DNA of 64,000 bases from positions 4,360-68,359 of the forward strand of contig JBCCHF010000013.1 of NCBI GenBank assembly GCA_039028895.1, written 5' to 3'. The stretch comes from Bacteroidota bacterium (GTDB taxonomy: Bacteria > Bacteroidota > Bacteroidia > Chitinophagales > Saprospiraceae). Below, piece by piece: positions 18,701 to 27,189 of this stretch; position 1 is the stretch's first letter; each line of letters starts with the position of its first letter. A program made the translations under genes and the position numbers. The notes beneath the pieces were generated by a model. The model was not told where the DNA came from. It saw only the letters and a list, made by a program, of their open reading frames with translations, and searched no databases.

Positions 18701-18881
18701 GACTAAGGCCCTCGTTGGTGCCAACCCACAAGAAACCATGTTTGCCTTTTTCAATTACAGTTACGCGATCTCCGGCCAGTCCGTCTTCAGTAGTATATAC
18801 CACGGGACGGTCAAACCTAAGCTGGGCAAATGTGCCTATAGCCAGGAAAGTACATATAGATGTTATCAGCCCTCGTCTCAT
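15729..18881 (-). CDS. Sensor histidine kinase with periplasmic two-component-regulator beta-propeller and Y_Y_Y region, LytS-type kinase core
   Basis: 1050 aa with a signal peptide. Repeated propeller units (LWVGTNEGLSRFDG, IWIGHHGGLSKLN, LWVGSRYYGIAKY). Y_Y_Y-like segment FRYRLKGFQEEWNDAKDRRFVNYTNVPSGDYTFQL. TM helix LIGFFLLSGLVFFIY. His_kinase motif MNPHFLFNCLNSI. ATPase motif IIDDNGIG. It lies directly upstream of the LytTR regulator. Confidence 0.85.
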   Translation of the reverse strand: MRRGLITSICTFLAIGTFAQLRFDRPVVYTTEDGLAGDRVTVIEKGKHGFLWVGTNEGLSRFDGQQFRNYQRNIEDPNAIFNNSITCVLPEEEEVWIGHHGGLSKLNLETEKFTNYQFTEQGKLDSTYMEHSQITHALLRDSDGTLWVGSRYYGIAKYLPEEDDFKVFPYEGNEPLQVFGDATRSKNIYNLKADINNDSIIWAGCGAGLYKFNKYTETLKWFYFDHPTMQGRSARNAIRHLNVHDNGLLYYGTWSAGVNIFDPKTNTFSSLPVKPEKSRALLPIDANIAEVKRKSKDELWIKWGHRIMVYNVNTYEVYLYATGSLKEPIGMHCIDEQNRAWSKSNKGLYMFDPVTQQFPHYTFEEMKGVGDCYTFAVLPSPDNKTINLIARHCNGFYQFDLENRTFTGTKFPTGLLNQHGDFYITGLEYYSENEWLIPYYRGMISFNPKTRTFKSAPISPKTKRNAYGNIFKDSKDHFWWGTEGDGFIKWKGKNHNPEIIHRDLFPGKSKLPTTRVSSFLEDNKGHVWLNRRNGFSVYLPERDTFLNFINSENPKIAFPVVQDFAEDRVGRIWMTGHGGWVGYAYAERPEDGIIEKMYMYSKTETEFTSMVLESDPDGDIWILASNELIKIEAQTLKQTRFSLEYGAENIDLFSLSILPTGELVLGTRFGLMMAHPDDLVRNQEKPEPYVTAIEINNQPVIAPTAIKNGYTLDLNPQENFFLFGFSAKSFTLSQYNKFRYRLKGFQEEWNDAKDRRFVNYTNVPSGDYTFQLQTANNEGVWNESLFEVNVNIKTPWWDTLAAKLIGFFLLSGLVFFIYRSRVEQIKKRAKMKTEFEKQLASVEMSALRAQMNPHFLFNCLNSIERFVIKNETQKASEYLNNFARLIRLILQNSRSNYIVLKDELEALGLYMEMEALRFGQKFDYEVIIDEEVDVDSISIPPMLFQPYVENAIWHGLMAKKEKGKVELKLSRKNGMLNCIIDDNGIGRQKAQELKSKNQRKDKKSMGMTITKNRIAMINKLYDTNTSIKIFDKKDKKGIASGTRVELNIPI

Positions 18882-19142
18882 TAGTCACTTCAAAATACCA
18901 ATTTTTAAATGGCTTTCTTAGCCCAATTGATTGAAATGGGCTGTTTCTTGAGTGGAAGTAGTGGTTTATTGAGTACGCGATTAAAAAATAATTCCTGGTA
19001 GCTGTAAATCAGTAAATTATCGTCAACTCATTCAAAATCCTTATTGGCACATTGAAAGGGTGATTGTGATAATATGCCCTGTTTTTACAAGTTGATTTCC
19101 CCTAAAATTGTGTCATCATTATTAACCAAAAAAACAATTTCT

Positions 19143-19928
19143 ATGAAACGGACGCTCTTTTTGATTTATGGTGCCGTAGTTTATCTTTTGTTCAATCTTG
19201 CATTCATATACTTAATAGGTTTTGTAGGCAATTTTTTCGTTCCTAATACAATTGATGGTGCGGTTACGATGGGTACACTACCTGCTTTGCTGATTAATAT
19301 CGGTCTCGTTTTGATTTTTGCTGTTCAGCATAGTGTGATGGCCCGATCGGCTTTCAAGGAAAAATGGACCAAGATTATTCCACAGGAAATTGAAAGAAGT
19401 ACTTATGTCTTATTTTCCACAGCTGCTTTATGTTTGTTGATGTGGTTTTGGCAGCCATTAGGCGGTGTAGTCTGGAGCACTGATGCCCCTGTTCTCAAAG
19501 CCATCCTATATGCATTATTTGGTTTGGGCTGGGCGATTCTTCTACTCAGTACATTCATGATCAATCACTTTGATCTATTTGGACTAAGACAGGTGTGGTT
19601 GGCTTATAACAAAAAGCCTTATATCCACTTATCGTTTAAGACGCCATTTTTCTACAAGTATGTTCGTCATCCGCTTTACCTGGGATTCATGATCGCTTTT
19701 TGGTCTACACCAACCATGACGGTTACCCATCTTTTGTTGGCTATTGGATTTACATTGTACATCCTAAAGGCTATTGACTGGGAAGAAGCTGACCTGATCA
19801 AGGAACTGGGACAACCTTATGTAGAATACCGTAAAAAAGTATCGAAAATAATACCTTTCCTTGGTGGCGGAAAGAAGACGGTAAATCCAGATTCTGAACC
19901 GGTTGTTGAAGTACTCAGCTCTAACTAA
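19143..19928 (+). CDS. ICMT/PEMT-type integral-membrane SAM methyltransferase (MddA-like)
   Basis: The ORF is 19074..19928. The Met at 19143 (MKRTLFLIYGAVVYLL) starts at the first TM helix. It is polytopic. Motifs HSVMAR, NHFDLFGLRQ and VRHPLYLGFMIAFW are typical of isoprenylcysteine carboxyl methyltransferase-fold enzymes, including methanethiol S-methyltransferases. Confidence 0.6.
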   Translation: MKRTLFLIYGAVVYLLFNLAFIYLIGFVGNFFVPNTIDGAVTMGTLPALLINIGLVLIFAVQHSVMARSAFKEKWTKIIPQEIERSTYVLFSTAALCLLMWFWQPLGGVVWSTDAPVLKAILYALFGLGWAILLLSTFMINHFDLFGLRQVWLAYNKKPYIHLSFKTPFFYKYVRHPLYLGFMIAFWSTPTMTVTHLLLAIGFTLYILKAIDWEEADLIKELGQPYVEYRKKVSKIIPFLGGGKKTVNPDSEPVVEVLSSN

Positions 19929-20072
19929 ACTGACTGAGTTAACCCTGTAACCCCATGAAAACACCAACCATTGATCTGATCCGGGAAAAACCCAAAAAAG
20001 TTGTCATTATTCCCGGGCCTATTTTGCCGAAAAAGCCTGTATTTCGAAGGCAGGCTGTCCGAAAACTAGTAA

Positions 20073-20104
20073 GGACCGGAATCAACTATAATTGATTCTG
20101 GTCC
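20073..20104. terminator. Hairpin between convergent genes (possible terminator)
   Basis: GGACCGGAATCAA (20073..20085) pairs with TTGATTCTGGTCC (20092..20104): 13 bp with one G-U pair and a 6-nt loop. There is no strong U tract, so this is tentative. Confidence 0.4.
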
Positions 20105-20138
20105 TTATAGGACATTTGAATTGTATACAATTCAAGTA

Positions 20139-20801
20139 TTAATAGTCTTCTTCTTCAAGTTCGAGGCTGGTTTCCCTTGGGTTGCCTCTATAGTCGACAT
20201 CTCCACCAAGTGAAGTTTTGGCTTCGATTCGTTTGTTGGCAACTACTTCGACTGAACCGCCTGTACCAGCCCGTGCGTAGGTGTAGTTACACTCCAGGTC
20301 ATAAGCTTCAATTTCGCCTCCGGTAACTGCTCGTGCATTTTGTGTGTCAGTTTGACCTGAAAGACTAATTACAGCACCTTCAGAAGCGGATGTATGAAGC
20401 GTGGTCAGGCTTACCTGTGCGGATATTTCTGCACCAGTTGAAGCATCTATATTAAAATGTTCTGCCATGATTACATTTTCTGAACGCAGAATAGCGCCAG
20501 AGCTTGCTTTTATTGCTCTTAGCGTCTTATAAGTTACCCTTACTTTTACGGTTTCATCAAGTTTTGTCAACTTAAGCCTTTTTATCTTGAGTATCCCATC
20601 TCTAAATTTCACATTCGTACCATGCATATCAGTCAGAAAATCGACCTCTTCATGAGTGCCTTGTTCGAGGATGACTTTGACGTTTCCTGCAACATGTATT
20701 GTGTGGAAAGGTGAAGTGTGTGCTGTACCGTTAGTATTGGCGAAAGCGGAATTCGCTACAAAACATAGCATAAGAATTAATACGGGCATTATCTTTTTCA
20801 T
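20139..20801 (-). CDS. Secreted DUF2807 / head-GIN-domain (beta-helical) protein
   Basis: 220 aa. Signal peptide MKKIMPVLILMLCFVANSAFA. Repetitive beta-strand units with G-x-x-x-I/V periodicity (GNVKVILEQG, SSGAILRSEN, STGAEISAQV, SEGAVISLSG, TGGEIEAYD, TGGSVEVVA, LGGDVDYRG). Confidence 0.6.
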   Translation of the reverse strand: MKKIMPVLILMLCFVANSAFANTNGTAHTSPFHTIHVAGNVKVILEQGTHEEVDFLTDMHGTNVKFRDGILKIKRLKLTKLDETVKVRVTYKTLRAIKASSGAILRSENVIMAEHFNIDASTGAEISAQVSLTTLHTSASEGAVISLSGQTDTQNARAVTGGEIEAYDLECNYTYARAGTGGSVEVVANKRIEAKTSLGGDVDYRGNPRETSLELEEEDY

Positions 20802-21045
20802 AGAAGAAATTTGAAGAATTATGATGTTGTTGGTCTATAATGCTAAATCGGGGCATTTTATTGTCAAAGGATCAGGTTTTTGATACTTAATTGACAATTC
20901 GACCGTAGAACGGTTGCATTGTAAAAAAAGTTACAATCTGGTAGATTAAGAAAATGATCTTTTTCTAAACATAGGTCTCTTTCAGGATAGCATGGCATTC
21001 TGAAAAGCAGAAGTCCAGCTATGACGTTTAGGTTTCATATCAGAC

Positions 21046-21079
21046 AAAAAAAACCCGGTGCAGAAAGGAGGACACCGGG
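21046..21079 (-). terminator. Rho-independent terminator for the minus-strand methyltransferase/LpxH-like genes
   Basis: 7-bp GC-rich stem CCCGGTG (21054..21060) / CACCGGG (21073..21079). On the minus strand it is followed by a U8 tract (A8 at 21046..21053 on the plus strand). It lies 43 nt downstream of the stop at 21123. Confidence 0.6.
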
Positions 21080-21122
21080 TTTGAACCATAATTCACCAAA
21101 GAACCAACGGTAGAGAACAAAG

Positions 21123-21782
21123 CTATAAGGAAGGAACGGTAGAGCCAATGAATATGAAAAATTGCCAAAATCCTACACAGGAACTTTTGACACGGCAGTA
21201 TTCTTCATCGAATCTGCTTGAAACATAGGGTAAAATATTCCTGGTTACATCAACATTCCTCAACTTCATGAAGGTGTTGAATTGATCGTAATTTGAGTAG
21301 TGAAAATCGATAATGCCTATCAGGCCACCCGGTTTAAGATCTTTTTTTGCTTTTTCAATAATCGACTTCCAATCCGTCTGAATTCCTGAAAGAAAATATG
21401 AGAACAGGATCAGATCGAACTGATTATCAAGATTTGTATCCTGGTTGTAATGAACAGGGTAGAGGTCTACTCTGTTGCCTACCAATAGGTTACGCTTATT
21501 TGCTTTTTCAAGTGCTCGTCTTGACGCATCAAGGCCAGTAATGATGGCTTTCGGAAAAGCGTTGGCCAACATTCCAATATTTTTCCCAGATCCGCATCCT
21601 ACTTCCAGAATCTGATAACTGCCATTCCGCATAAGCGGAATATTATTGATCAACCTTCTTCTTCCGAAAAGGAAAGCTGATTGAGGCAGATAGAGCAGGT
21701 TGTAGAACTGGTTGGTTTTTTTGAAGGTCGAATTCCTTATCATTGTACCTGAAAATTGTCCAGTTTCCATCTGTATATTCAA
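21123..21782 (-). CDS. Class I SAM-dependent methyltransferase (start codon ambiguous)
   Basis: Motif I is ILEVGCGSGKN and the post-I acidic residue sits in ITGLDAS. Candidate starts are 21782, 21770, 21743 (all inside the upstream gene) and 21632. The N-terminal segment FYNLLYLPQSAFLFGRRRL looks like a genuine MTase N-terminus, which implies a real overlap with the LpxH-like gene. Confidence 0.7.
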   Translation of the reverse strand: MNIQMETGQFSGTMIRNSTFKKTNQFYNLLYLPQSAFLFGRRRLINNIPLMRNGSYQILEVGCGSGKNIGMLANAFPKAIITGLDASRRALEKANKRNLLVGNRVDLYPVHYNQDTNLDNQFDLILFSYFLSGIQTDWKSIIEKAKKDLKPGGLIGIIDFHYSNYDQFNTFMKLRNVDVTRNILPYVSSRFDEEYCRVKSSCVGFWQFFIFIGSTVPSL

Positions 21783-22476
21783 GGGCAGTCATGTTTTCAA
21801 TCCAGTCTCCTGAATTCAAATAAGTTACTGAACCCTTCCTGTTTTCAACCTGCCTCATTTGTGCGTTATGTATATGTCCACATATCACATAGTCATATCC
21901 GTTTTCGATAGCGAGATTTGAAGCAGCTTCTTCAAATTCATTTATATGTTTTACAGCGCGCTTTACACTGTCTTTTATTTTTTTCGAAAAGGACATCCGG
22001 GGCCGATTGAATAGCCTGGGCAAGAAATTGATCAGGCTGTTCAGGAAGATCAGTAAATTATAACCTTTGCCACCCAGTTTAGCTAACCATTTAGATGTGG
22101 TAATAGAGACATCAAAAATGTCACCATGGAAGATCCACATCTTTTTTCCGTCAAGGTCCAGCAATAGTTTATCTTCCAATATAAAATTGCCCAAAGCAAA
22201 AGGGGAAAATCGTCTTAATACGTCATCATGATTGCCTGTCAAGTAGTATACTTGTTTACCTTTGGCTGCCATTTTAACGATGAGTTGAACAACTTCCATG
22301 TGAGCTTTTGGAAAGTAACGTTTGCTGAAATACCATCCGTCGATGATATCGCCATTGAGAATCAGTATTTCAGGATCGATACTTTTGAGATATCTTCTCA
22401 ATTCGCTTGCACGGCATCCGAAAGTGCCCAAGTGGACATCAGAAATCACAGCGACATCGATTTTTCTTTTACTCAT
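21643..22476 (-). CDS. LpxH-like calcineurin-type metallophosphoesterase (UDP-2,3-diacylglucosamine diphosphatase family)
   Basis: 277 aa. Metallophosphoesterase motifs VISDVHLG, LNGDIIDGW, LTGNHDD, ICGHIH. The final ~27 aa (DLQKNQPVLQPALSASISFPFRKKKVDQ) lie beyond the conserved fold and overlap the next gene. Confidence 0.7.
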   Translation of the reverse strand: MSKRKIDVAVISDVHLGTFGCRASELRRYLKSIDPEILILNGDIIDGWYFSKRYFPKAHMEVVQLIVKMAAKGKQVYYLTGNHDDVLRRFSPFALGNFILEDKLLLDLDGKKMWIFHGDIFDVSITTSKWLAKLGGKGYNLLIFLNSLINFLPRLFNRPRMSFSKKIKDSVKRAVKHINEFEEAASNLAIENGYDYVICGHIHNAQMRQVENRKGSVTYLNSGDWIENMTALEYTDGNWTIFRYNDKEFDLQKNQPVLQPALSASISFPFRKKKVDQ

Positions 22477-22655
22477 TTTTTACTTCTGATCCTTGGTTGC
22501 AAATTTATAGGCTGCATCTAAAGTCATCGTTAAGCGATGTTTAATTATGGTTTAGCTTTTTTGTCATAAATCGCCAATTGTCAATTGTGTATGAAGCAGG
22601 TATTAAGAAATGTTAATTTGGTTCTTTTTCCTATCTTCACCCTCAGGAGGAATTT

Positions 22656-23768
22656 ATGAGCATTTTTTCGTCAGACAAGACCCGATATAAAATGAACCAG
22701 GTGTTCTGGATCGCTCTGGCGTGGACACTAGTAGGGACACTTGACGCCTTGTTTATTCACTTTCTGCTCACCGATAATATCTTTATTTCTCCTACCGAGC
22801 TCTATCGATTTATTCCCAACCTGGTCGTTAATTCTGTTTCTGGTTTTATTGGTGGTTTCGCAGCTGGTTATATTCTTGTTTTTTACGTGCGAGATGCTTT
22901 CAGAGACAGGTCTTATGGTTGGTATTTATTATTGAATAGTGCCGTGATCTGCCTGCTGATCTTTTTATTCAGCTTCATTACCAATGATCTTTTTCAGTCT
23001 TACAGGCTTGGCCTAAATCCGTTTCACCCAGAAGTGCTTTCGGCAACAAAAGAGCGGATGTTCAACCTGATTTTCGTCAGGACGGTTATCCTTTGGTTTA
23101 TTGTTTTGAATGGTACATTGCTGGCTCTTAATATCAATGATAAATACGGACCGGGCATTTTCATGAAATTCCTGCTCGGCCGCTATCATCATCCTCGCGA
23201 AGAAGAAAGAATTTTTATGTTTCTTGACATGAACCATTCGACAACGATTGCAGAAGAAATTGGACATATTAAATATTACACCCTTCTCAACTCGGTTTTC
23301 GCTGATATTACCGACGCCATTCTCTCACATGCCGGAGAGATCTATCAATATGTAGGCGATGAAGTCGTTATTTCCTGGACCAGGAAAAACGGTTTGCGCA
23401 ATGCCAATTGTATCAATTGTTATTTCGGAATTCTGGAAGCTCTGGCTTCGAAAGCAGGTAAATACACCAAGCAGTTTGGGCTGGTCCCTGAATTCAAAGC
23501 AGGTCTGCATTACGGAGATGTTACAACTGGTGAAGTAGGGATCATCAAAAAAGACCTGGTTTTTACCGGTGATGTACTAAACACCACAGCCCGCATCAGA
23601 ACAAAGTGCACAGAATTCGGCGTAAACCTGTTGGTTTCAGACAAATTGCTGAATTCATTAAGATTACCACCTCATAGTTTTGTATCCAGGAAGATCGGCA
23701 CTTTCGAGTTGAAAGGGAAGTCGGAATTGGTGACGGTTCATACTATTGAAGGTGCTATGCGGTTTTAA
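22656..23768 (+). CDS. Membrane-anchored class III adenylate/guanylate cyclase
   Basis: 370 aa. About 5-6 N-terminal TM helices, then the cyclase homology domain: RIFMFLDMNHSTTIAE, QYVGDEVVISW, FTGDVLNTTARI. AGGAGG lies 5 nt upstream of the ATG. Confidence 0.8.
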   Translation: MSIFSSDKTRYKMNQVFWIALAWTLVGTLDALFIHFLLTDNIFISPTELYRFIPNLVVNSVSGFIGGFAAGYILVFYVRDAFRDRSYGWYLLLNSAVICLLIFLFSFITNDLFQSYRLGLNPFHPEVLSATKERMFNLIFVRTVILWFIVLNGTLLALNINDKYGPGIFMKFLLGRYHHPREEERIFMFLDMNHSTTIAEEIGHIKYYTLLNSVFADITDAILSHAGEIYQYVGDEVVISWTRKNGLRNANCINCYFGILEALASKAGKYTKQFGLVPEFKAGLHYGDVTTGEVGIIKKDLVFTGDVLNTTARIRTKCTEFGVNLLVSDKLLNSLRLPPHSFVSRKIGTFELKGKSELVTVHTIEGAMRF

Positions 23769-23867
23769 TTTTGCTCCTTTCAGTGGCATTGTTGTTGGAT
23801 TCGCCTTACTTGTTTTGCTTCCTTCGGCATTGTTTTATTGTTCGAAACTATTTTTCTTTCAATTCAA

Positions 23868-24674
23868 CTACTTAACCGTACTCCAATCTACAGGGTCTAG
23901 TGACCGAAATACTGCTTCGGGCAATTCATCGAAAACCTGGATGTCAGATAATAGTCGTCCCTTACCTCTCTCGTCTGAAAGCAAAATGTGACCGTGTTGC
24001 GTATAGTTGTTCCATGGTGTTTTGAAAATTGGTTTTTCTGCTTCGGCTTTATTGAAAAAAGCCCATTCGCTTACGAGGCGGGTTTCAGTATCCACATACA
24101 CATAGTATTTATGCTCTGGTGAAATACCGACGTTGTTAAATGTGAGTTGAAGGAGGTCGGCGGCTTTACCGGCCTCAGTGGTATCAATGCCAATGTATTT
24201 CAGGGTTACCCCTGAATCTTTTAATTTAAATGGCATAAACAGCCAATAGGAGTCATTGATCCACTTGGTACGACCAGCTTCAATGTATTTGGCAATTGAA
24301 TCTATAGATTCATGAATGACGTCTCCAACCTTGACCTGGCCCTTTTTATTTTTGATATTGACCAGGGTCGTTGAATTTTCTTTAGGATCTTCTATTCTCA
24401 CATCTCCTGACCACTTATCCCATACCAACAATCTGCTTCCAAAGAAATTCCATTTGATGATTCGGGTTTGGTCCCAATTGGTTCGGCCTCCCATTGCTAG
24501 CATTACTTCGTCTGCAATCTCAATTGCTTTAGTGTCTGAACCTTCGAGGTCAAAGCCATTGGCAGGAGGGTTGGGGTCACTTGATTGTGTTGTATTCTCC
24601 ACATTATTACAAGAGAAAAATAAAAACATCGCTAGTAAAGCGCTTAACGTAAAGATGAATTTAATTTGATGCAT
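23868..24674 (-). CDS. Hypothetical lipoprotein
   Basis: The ORF is 23868..24713. The Met at 24674 gives MHQIKFIFTLSALLAMFLFFSC, a lipobox-like signal ending in Cys. No recognisable catalytic motif. It overlaps the CotH gene stop by 14 nt. Confidence 0.5.
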   Translation of the reverse strand: MHQIKFIFTLSALLAMFLFFSCNNVENTTQSSDPNPPANGFDLEGSDTKAIEIADEVMLAMGGRTNWDQTRIIKWNFFGSRLLVWDKWSGDVRIEDPKENSTTLVNIKNKKGQVKVGDVIHESIDSIAKYIEAGRTKWINDSYWLFMPFKLKDSGVTLKYIGIDTTEAGKAADLLQLTFNNVGISPEHKYYVYVDTETRLVSEWAFFNKAEAEKPIFKTPWNNYTQHGHILLSDERGKGRLLSDIQVFDELPEAVFRSLDPVDWSTVK

Positions 24675-27189
24675 TTTGAATTGGATTTGGGTAAAAAAGG
24701 CCATCAATATCATGCTTTTTTGAACCTTTAATAGTTTCTTGATTGACCTTGATGGTTATGGATGAATCAACGAGGTGATGTTGCTTTGTATTTTCAATTA
24801 AAATATCATCTATTTCAAAGGAAATAGGCGTTTCATCGTATTCTGCTTTTTTAAAATACGCTGCCAAACCGAAATCTCCGTTGGTAAGTTTTATGGTATT
24901 TCCTTTTACGGATGAACCATCTTTTACGGCAATGCCAGTGCTTTGTTCTGTGAATGTGAGTTGCTCCAAATCCACAATCCCTCCTTCACCAATGGTAATG
25001 GCTTTGTCTGTTATTTTTCGGCCTTCAGCACCGACAATCTTAATATGGCCTGAAGAGACATCGATCCCGTCATTGCCTATGTTTTCAAGACTAATATTAC
25101 TTATCGTACCAATCCCGAAATCAATGTCCACAGCATCACCGGAAGTATTGGAAAACCTGAGACCATCAAGATTAAACCAGTTAGCTCCAAACACATTCAA
25201 AGCATCTTCAGCATTGATGTTTGTAAACTCACAATCTATGAGTTCTGCTTGTGATTGGTAAATTGTTACACTACCAGTCATAAATCGTTTAGGCCCTTCA
25301 AGTGTCGTGAATCCTGAAAAAATAGCATTGGAGATTTTGGTCCTCTCTGGAGCATTAATGATGTGGATTCCCCTGCCGGTCCCATCGCTGGAGGTAAAAA
25401 TAACCTTGTTTTCGACTTCACCTTTGACATTCATTGGAGCGTAAGAAATTAAATAACTTGATTTGATGAAGTCCATGCTTGCTCCTGCCTCTACGATTAC
25501 CATTTTCCCTTGCGGAATAATAATGGGAGTAGTTAAGGTATGAACTCCGGTTTTTATAGTCCAGGTATCCTTGTCTATGCTAAACAGATTTCGATCTTCA
25601 GAGACGGTAGTTTCCGGAGCCCGGTTTCGATTAGGGGCAGGCCATCTCGATATTTTCTTAATAAAAATCTCATTATCTGAAACGGCTTTGTATTGTAAGT
25701 ATCTGTGGTCAGCAGGAATTGAAACTTTAGTGCTTGGAGGATCAAATCTCCTGTCATATACATTAAGTTTTACCGGGGGAGATAATTCCCGGAAGGACAA
25801 TTCTTTCGAAGGAGCACTTCCCAATACTTCTATTGGAGTGCCATGGTAATTTCTTAAGGTGACCACCCTGCCCGTATCGTTAACAACAGCAGTATTAGCT
25901 CTAAGTGCCATTGTTTTATAAAGTGTTTTCTTTGGGTTACCAAAATATGGATCTTCGACTGGCAAAATAGCATATTCGAATTCAGTGGTCAAGCGGTTTT
26001 TAATTTCATTATTGATGGATTTGGCCCTTTCGAAAAGGCTATTTCCATCAAATTGGTAAGCGTGAAATTCACCATCAATTAAATTTGACAAGAATAACAT
26101 TTCCTGTTGAAAATCTGAGAGCATTGTACGTATGTATACTTCAGAACTATATTTTTCGAGATAACTGAAATACAAATCCTTGAAAGTCTGGTCTTTGAAT
26201 AGGTGGAAGATGGCGACCTGATCTCTAAACGGATAAATTTCGTCTTTTCGGTTGTCTCCCAGGTGATGTTTTTTTACCCAATAAAAGTTTTTGTTTTCGG
26301 TGAAGTTGTCAAACGCAATAGGCTCAAGAAGGCCGGTAAAGGGGTTGAAATAGAACCTGACATTATGCCAGCGAATAGCATGATAGGTTTGGCAGACATC
26401 CATAATCGCAAAAAAGCGGGCGGTGACATCTATATCGACGATTTCACTGGCCGGAGCAGAGGCATAGCGAAAATGATCCATCAAAGTTTGCGCAGCGATG
26501 AATTGATTTCGCAGATTAGGATTGTTCCACGTTCTGTCCTTTTTAAATGGCCTGATGTCGGCTGCTTCAAACTCAGGTAAAACAGGATGGGGGAATTCTG
26601 ACTTTTTTGGCCGCCTTAGTTGGATCTCCCAAAATGAATCTTCTTCGAATTTTACTATAGGTGCTTCTCGACGGTTCATTGACTCTGGCAACTGTTTGTC
26701 GAAGTGTTCTTCAATGGCATATAGTCCCCAGGATTCGCCATTGACTTTGAGGTTTCTAAAAAAATACCTTAACGATGGCACGTTTTCCCGGCGCATCCAT
26801 TTATGGATAAACCATTCATCCAGATAGTGTCTTCGCTGGGGACTTTGGAGGGAAAAAGTGCGTAAGCCTGAAATGGCATTTCCTTTTTTTACCTTGACCC
26901 TGAATGACCATTTCTTTTTTTCAAGATGGTCAAGCCAATCACCTTTTAACCTGATGTCAACTGGAATCGCCTTATTGCGATAATGTATGGTCGCATCGAC
27001 ATATTGTTTTTCCTCATCCGTAATAATCCCTTTTTCCAATGCCATGAGACGATAAGCCTGTAATAGCATGAAAGATGCTTCCGGGATTTCCATGCGCAAC
27101 TGTTCCACTTTTGTTTCCTGAAAGCAACAGACAAAAGTGATTACCGTAGTGAGCAGAATCGCGGTTAGAAAATATTTCCACTTCTTCAT
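24661..27189 (-). CDS. CotH-family (atypical kinase fold) protein fused to a C-terminal parallel beta-helix domain
   Basis: 842 aa with an N-terminal signal/anchor. CotH-like core: IRLKGDWLDHLEKKKWSFRVKVKKGNAISGLRTFSLQSP...YFFRNLKVNGESWGLYAIEEHFDK. The C-terminal ~300 aa carry repeated beta-helix rungs (NISLENIGNDGIDVSSG, ITIGEGGIVDLEQ, IAVKDGSSVKGN). Confidence 0.7.
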   Translation of the reverse strand: MKKWKYFLTAILLTTVITFVCCFQETKVEQLRMEIPEASFMLLQAYRLMALEKGIITDEEKQYVDATIHYRNKAIPVDIRLKGDWLDHLEKKKWSFRVKVKKGNAISGLRTFSLQSPQRRHYLDEWFIHKWMRRENVPSLRYFFRNLKVNGESWGLYAIEEHFDKQLPESMNRREAPIVKFEEDSFWEIQLRRPKKSEFPHPVLPEFEAADIRPFKKDRTWNNPNLRNQFIAAQTLMDHFRYASAPASEIVDIDVTARFFAIMDVCQTYHAIRWHNVRFYFNPFTGLLEPIAFDNFTENKNFYWVKKHHLGDNRKDEIYPFRDQVAIFHLFKDQTFKDLYFSYLEKYSSEVYIRTMLSDFQQEMLFLSNLIDGEFHAYQFDGNSLFERAKSINNEIKNRLTTEFEYAILPVEDPYFGNPKKTLYKTMALRANTAVVNDTGRVVTLRNYHGTPIEVLGSAPSKELSFRELSPPVKLNVYDRRFDPPSTKVSIPADHRYLQYKAVSDNEIFIKKISRWPAPNRNRAPETTVSEDRNLFSIDKDTWTIKTGVHTLTTPIIIPQGKMVIVEAGASMDFIKSSYLISYAPMNVKGEVENKVIFTSSDGTGRGIHIINAPERTKISNAIFSGFTTLEGPKRFMTGSVTIYQSQAELIDCEFTNINAEDALNVFGANWFNLDGLRFSNTSGDAVDIDFGIGTISNISLENIGNDGIDVSSGHIKIVGAEGRKITDKAITIGEGGIVDLEQLTFTEQSTGIAVKDGSSVKGNTIKLTNGDFGLAAYFKKAEYDETPISFEIDDILIENTKQHHLVDSSITIKVNQETIKGSKKHDIDGLFYPNPIQNASN

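Noticed and set aside
19955-20095. 46-codon ORF (MKTPTIDLIREKPKKVVIIPGPILPKKPVFRRQAVRKLVRTGINYN) between convergent genes
   Set aside because: It has no recognisable family or start context. Its 3' end runs into the intergenic hairpin. A small basic protein cannot be excluded, but the sequence alone gives no support.
21643-22476. Naming this gene lpxH outright
   Set aside because: The metallophosphoesterase motifs fit the LpxH family. However, related calcineurin-like phosphoesterases share them, and no other lipid A genes are adjacent, so the gene symbol is left blank.
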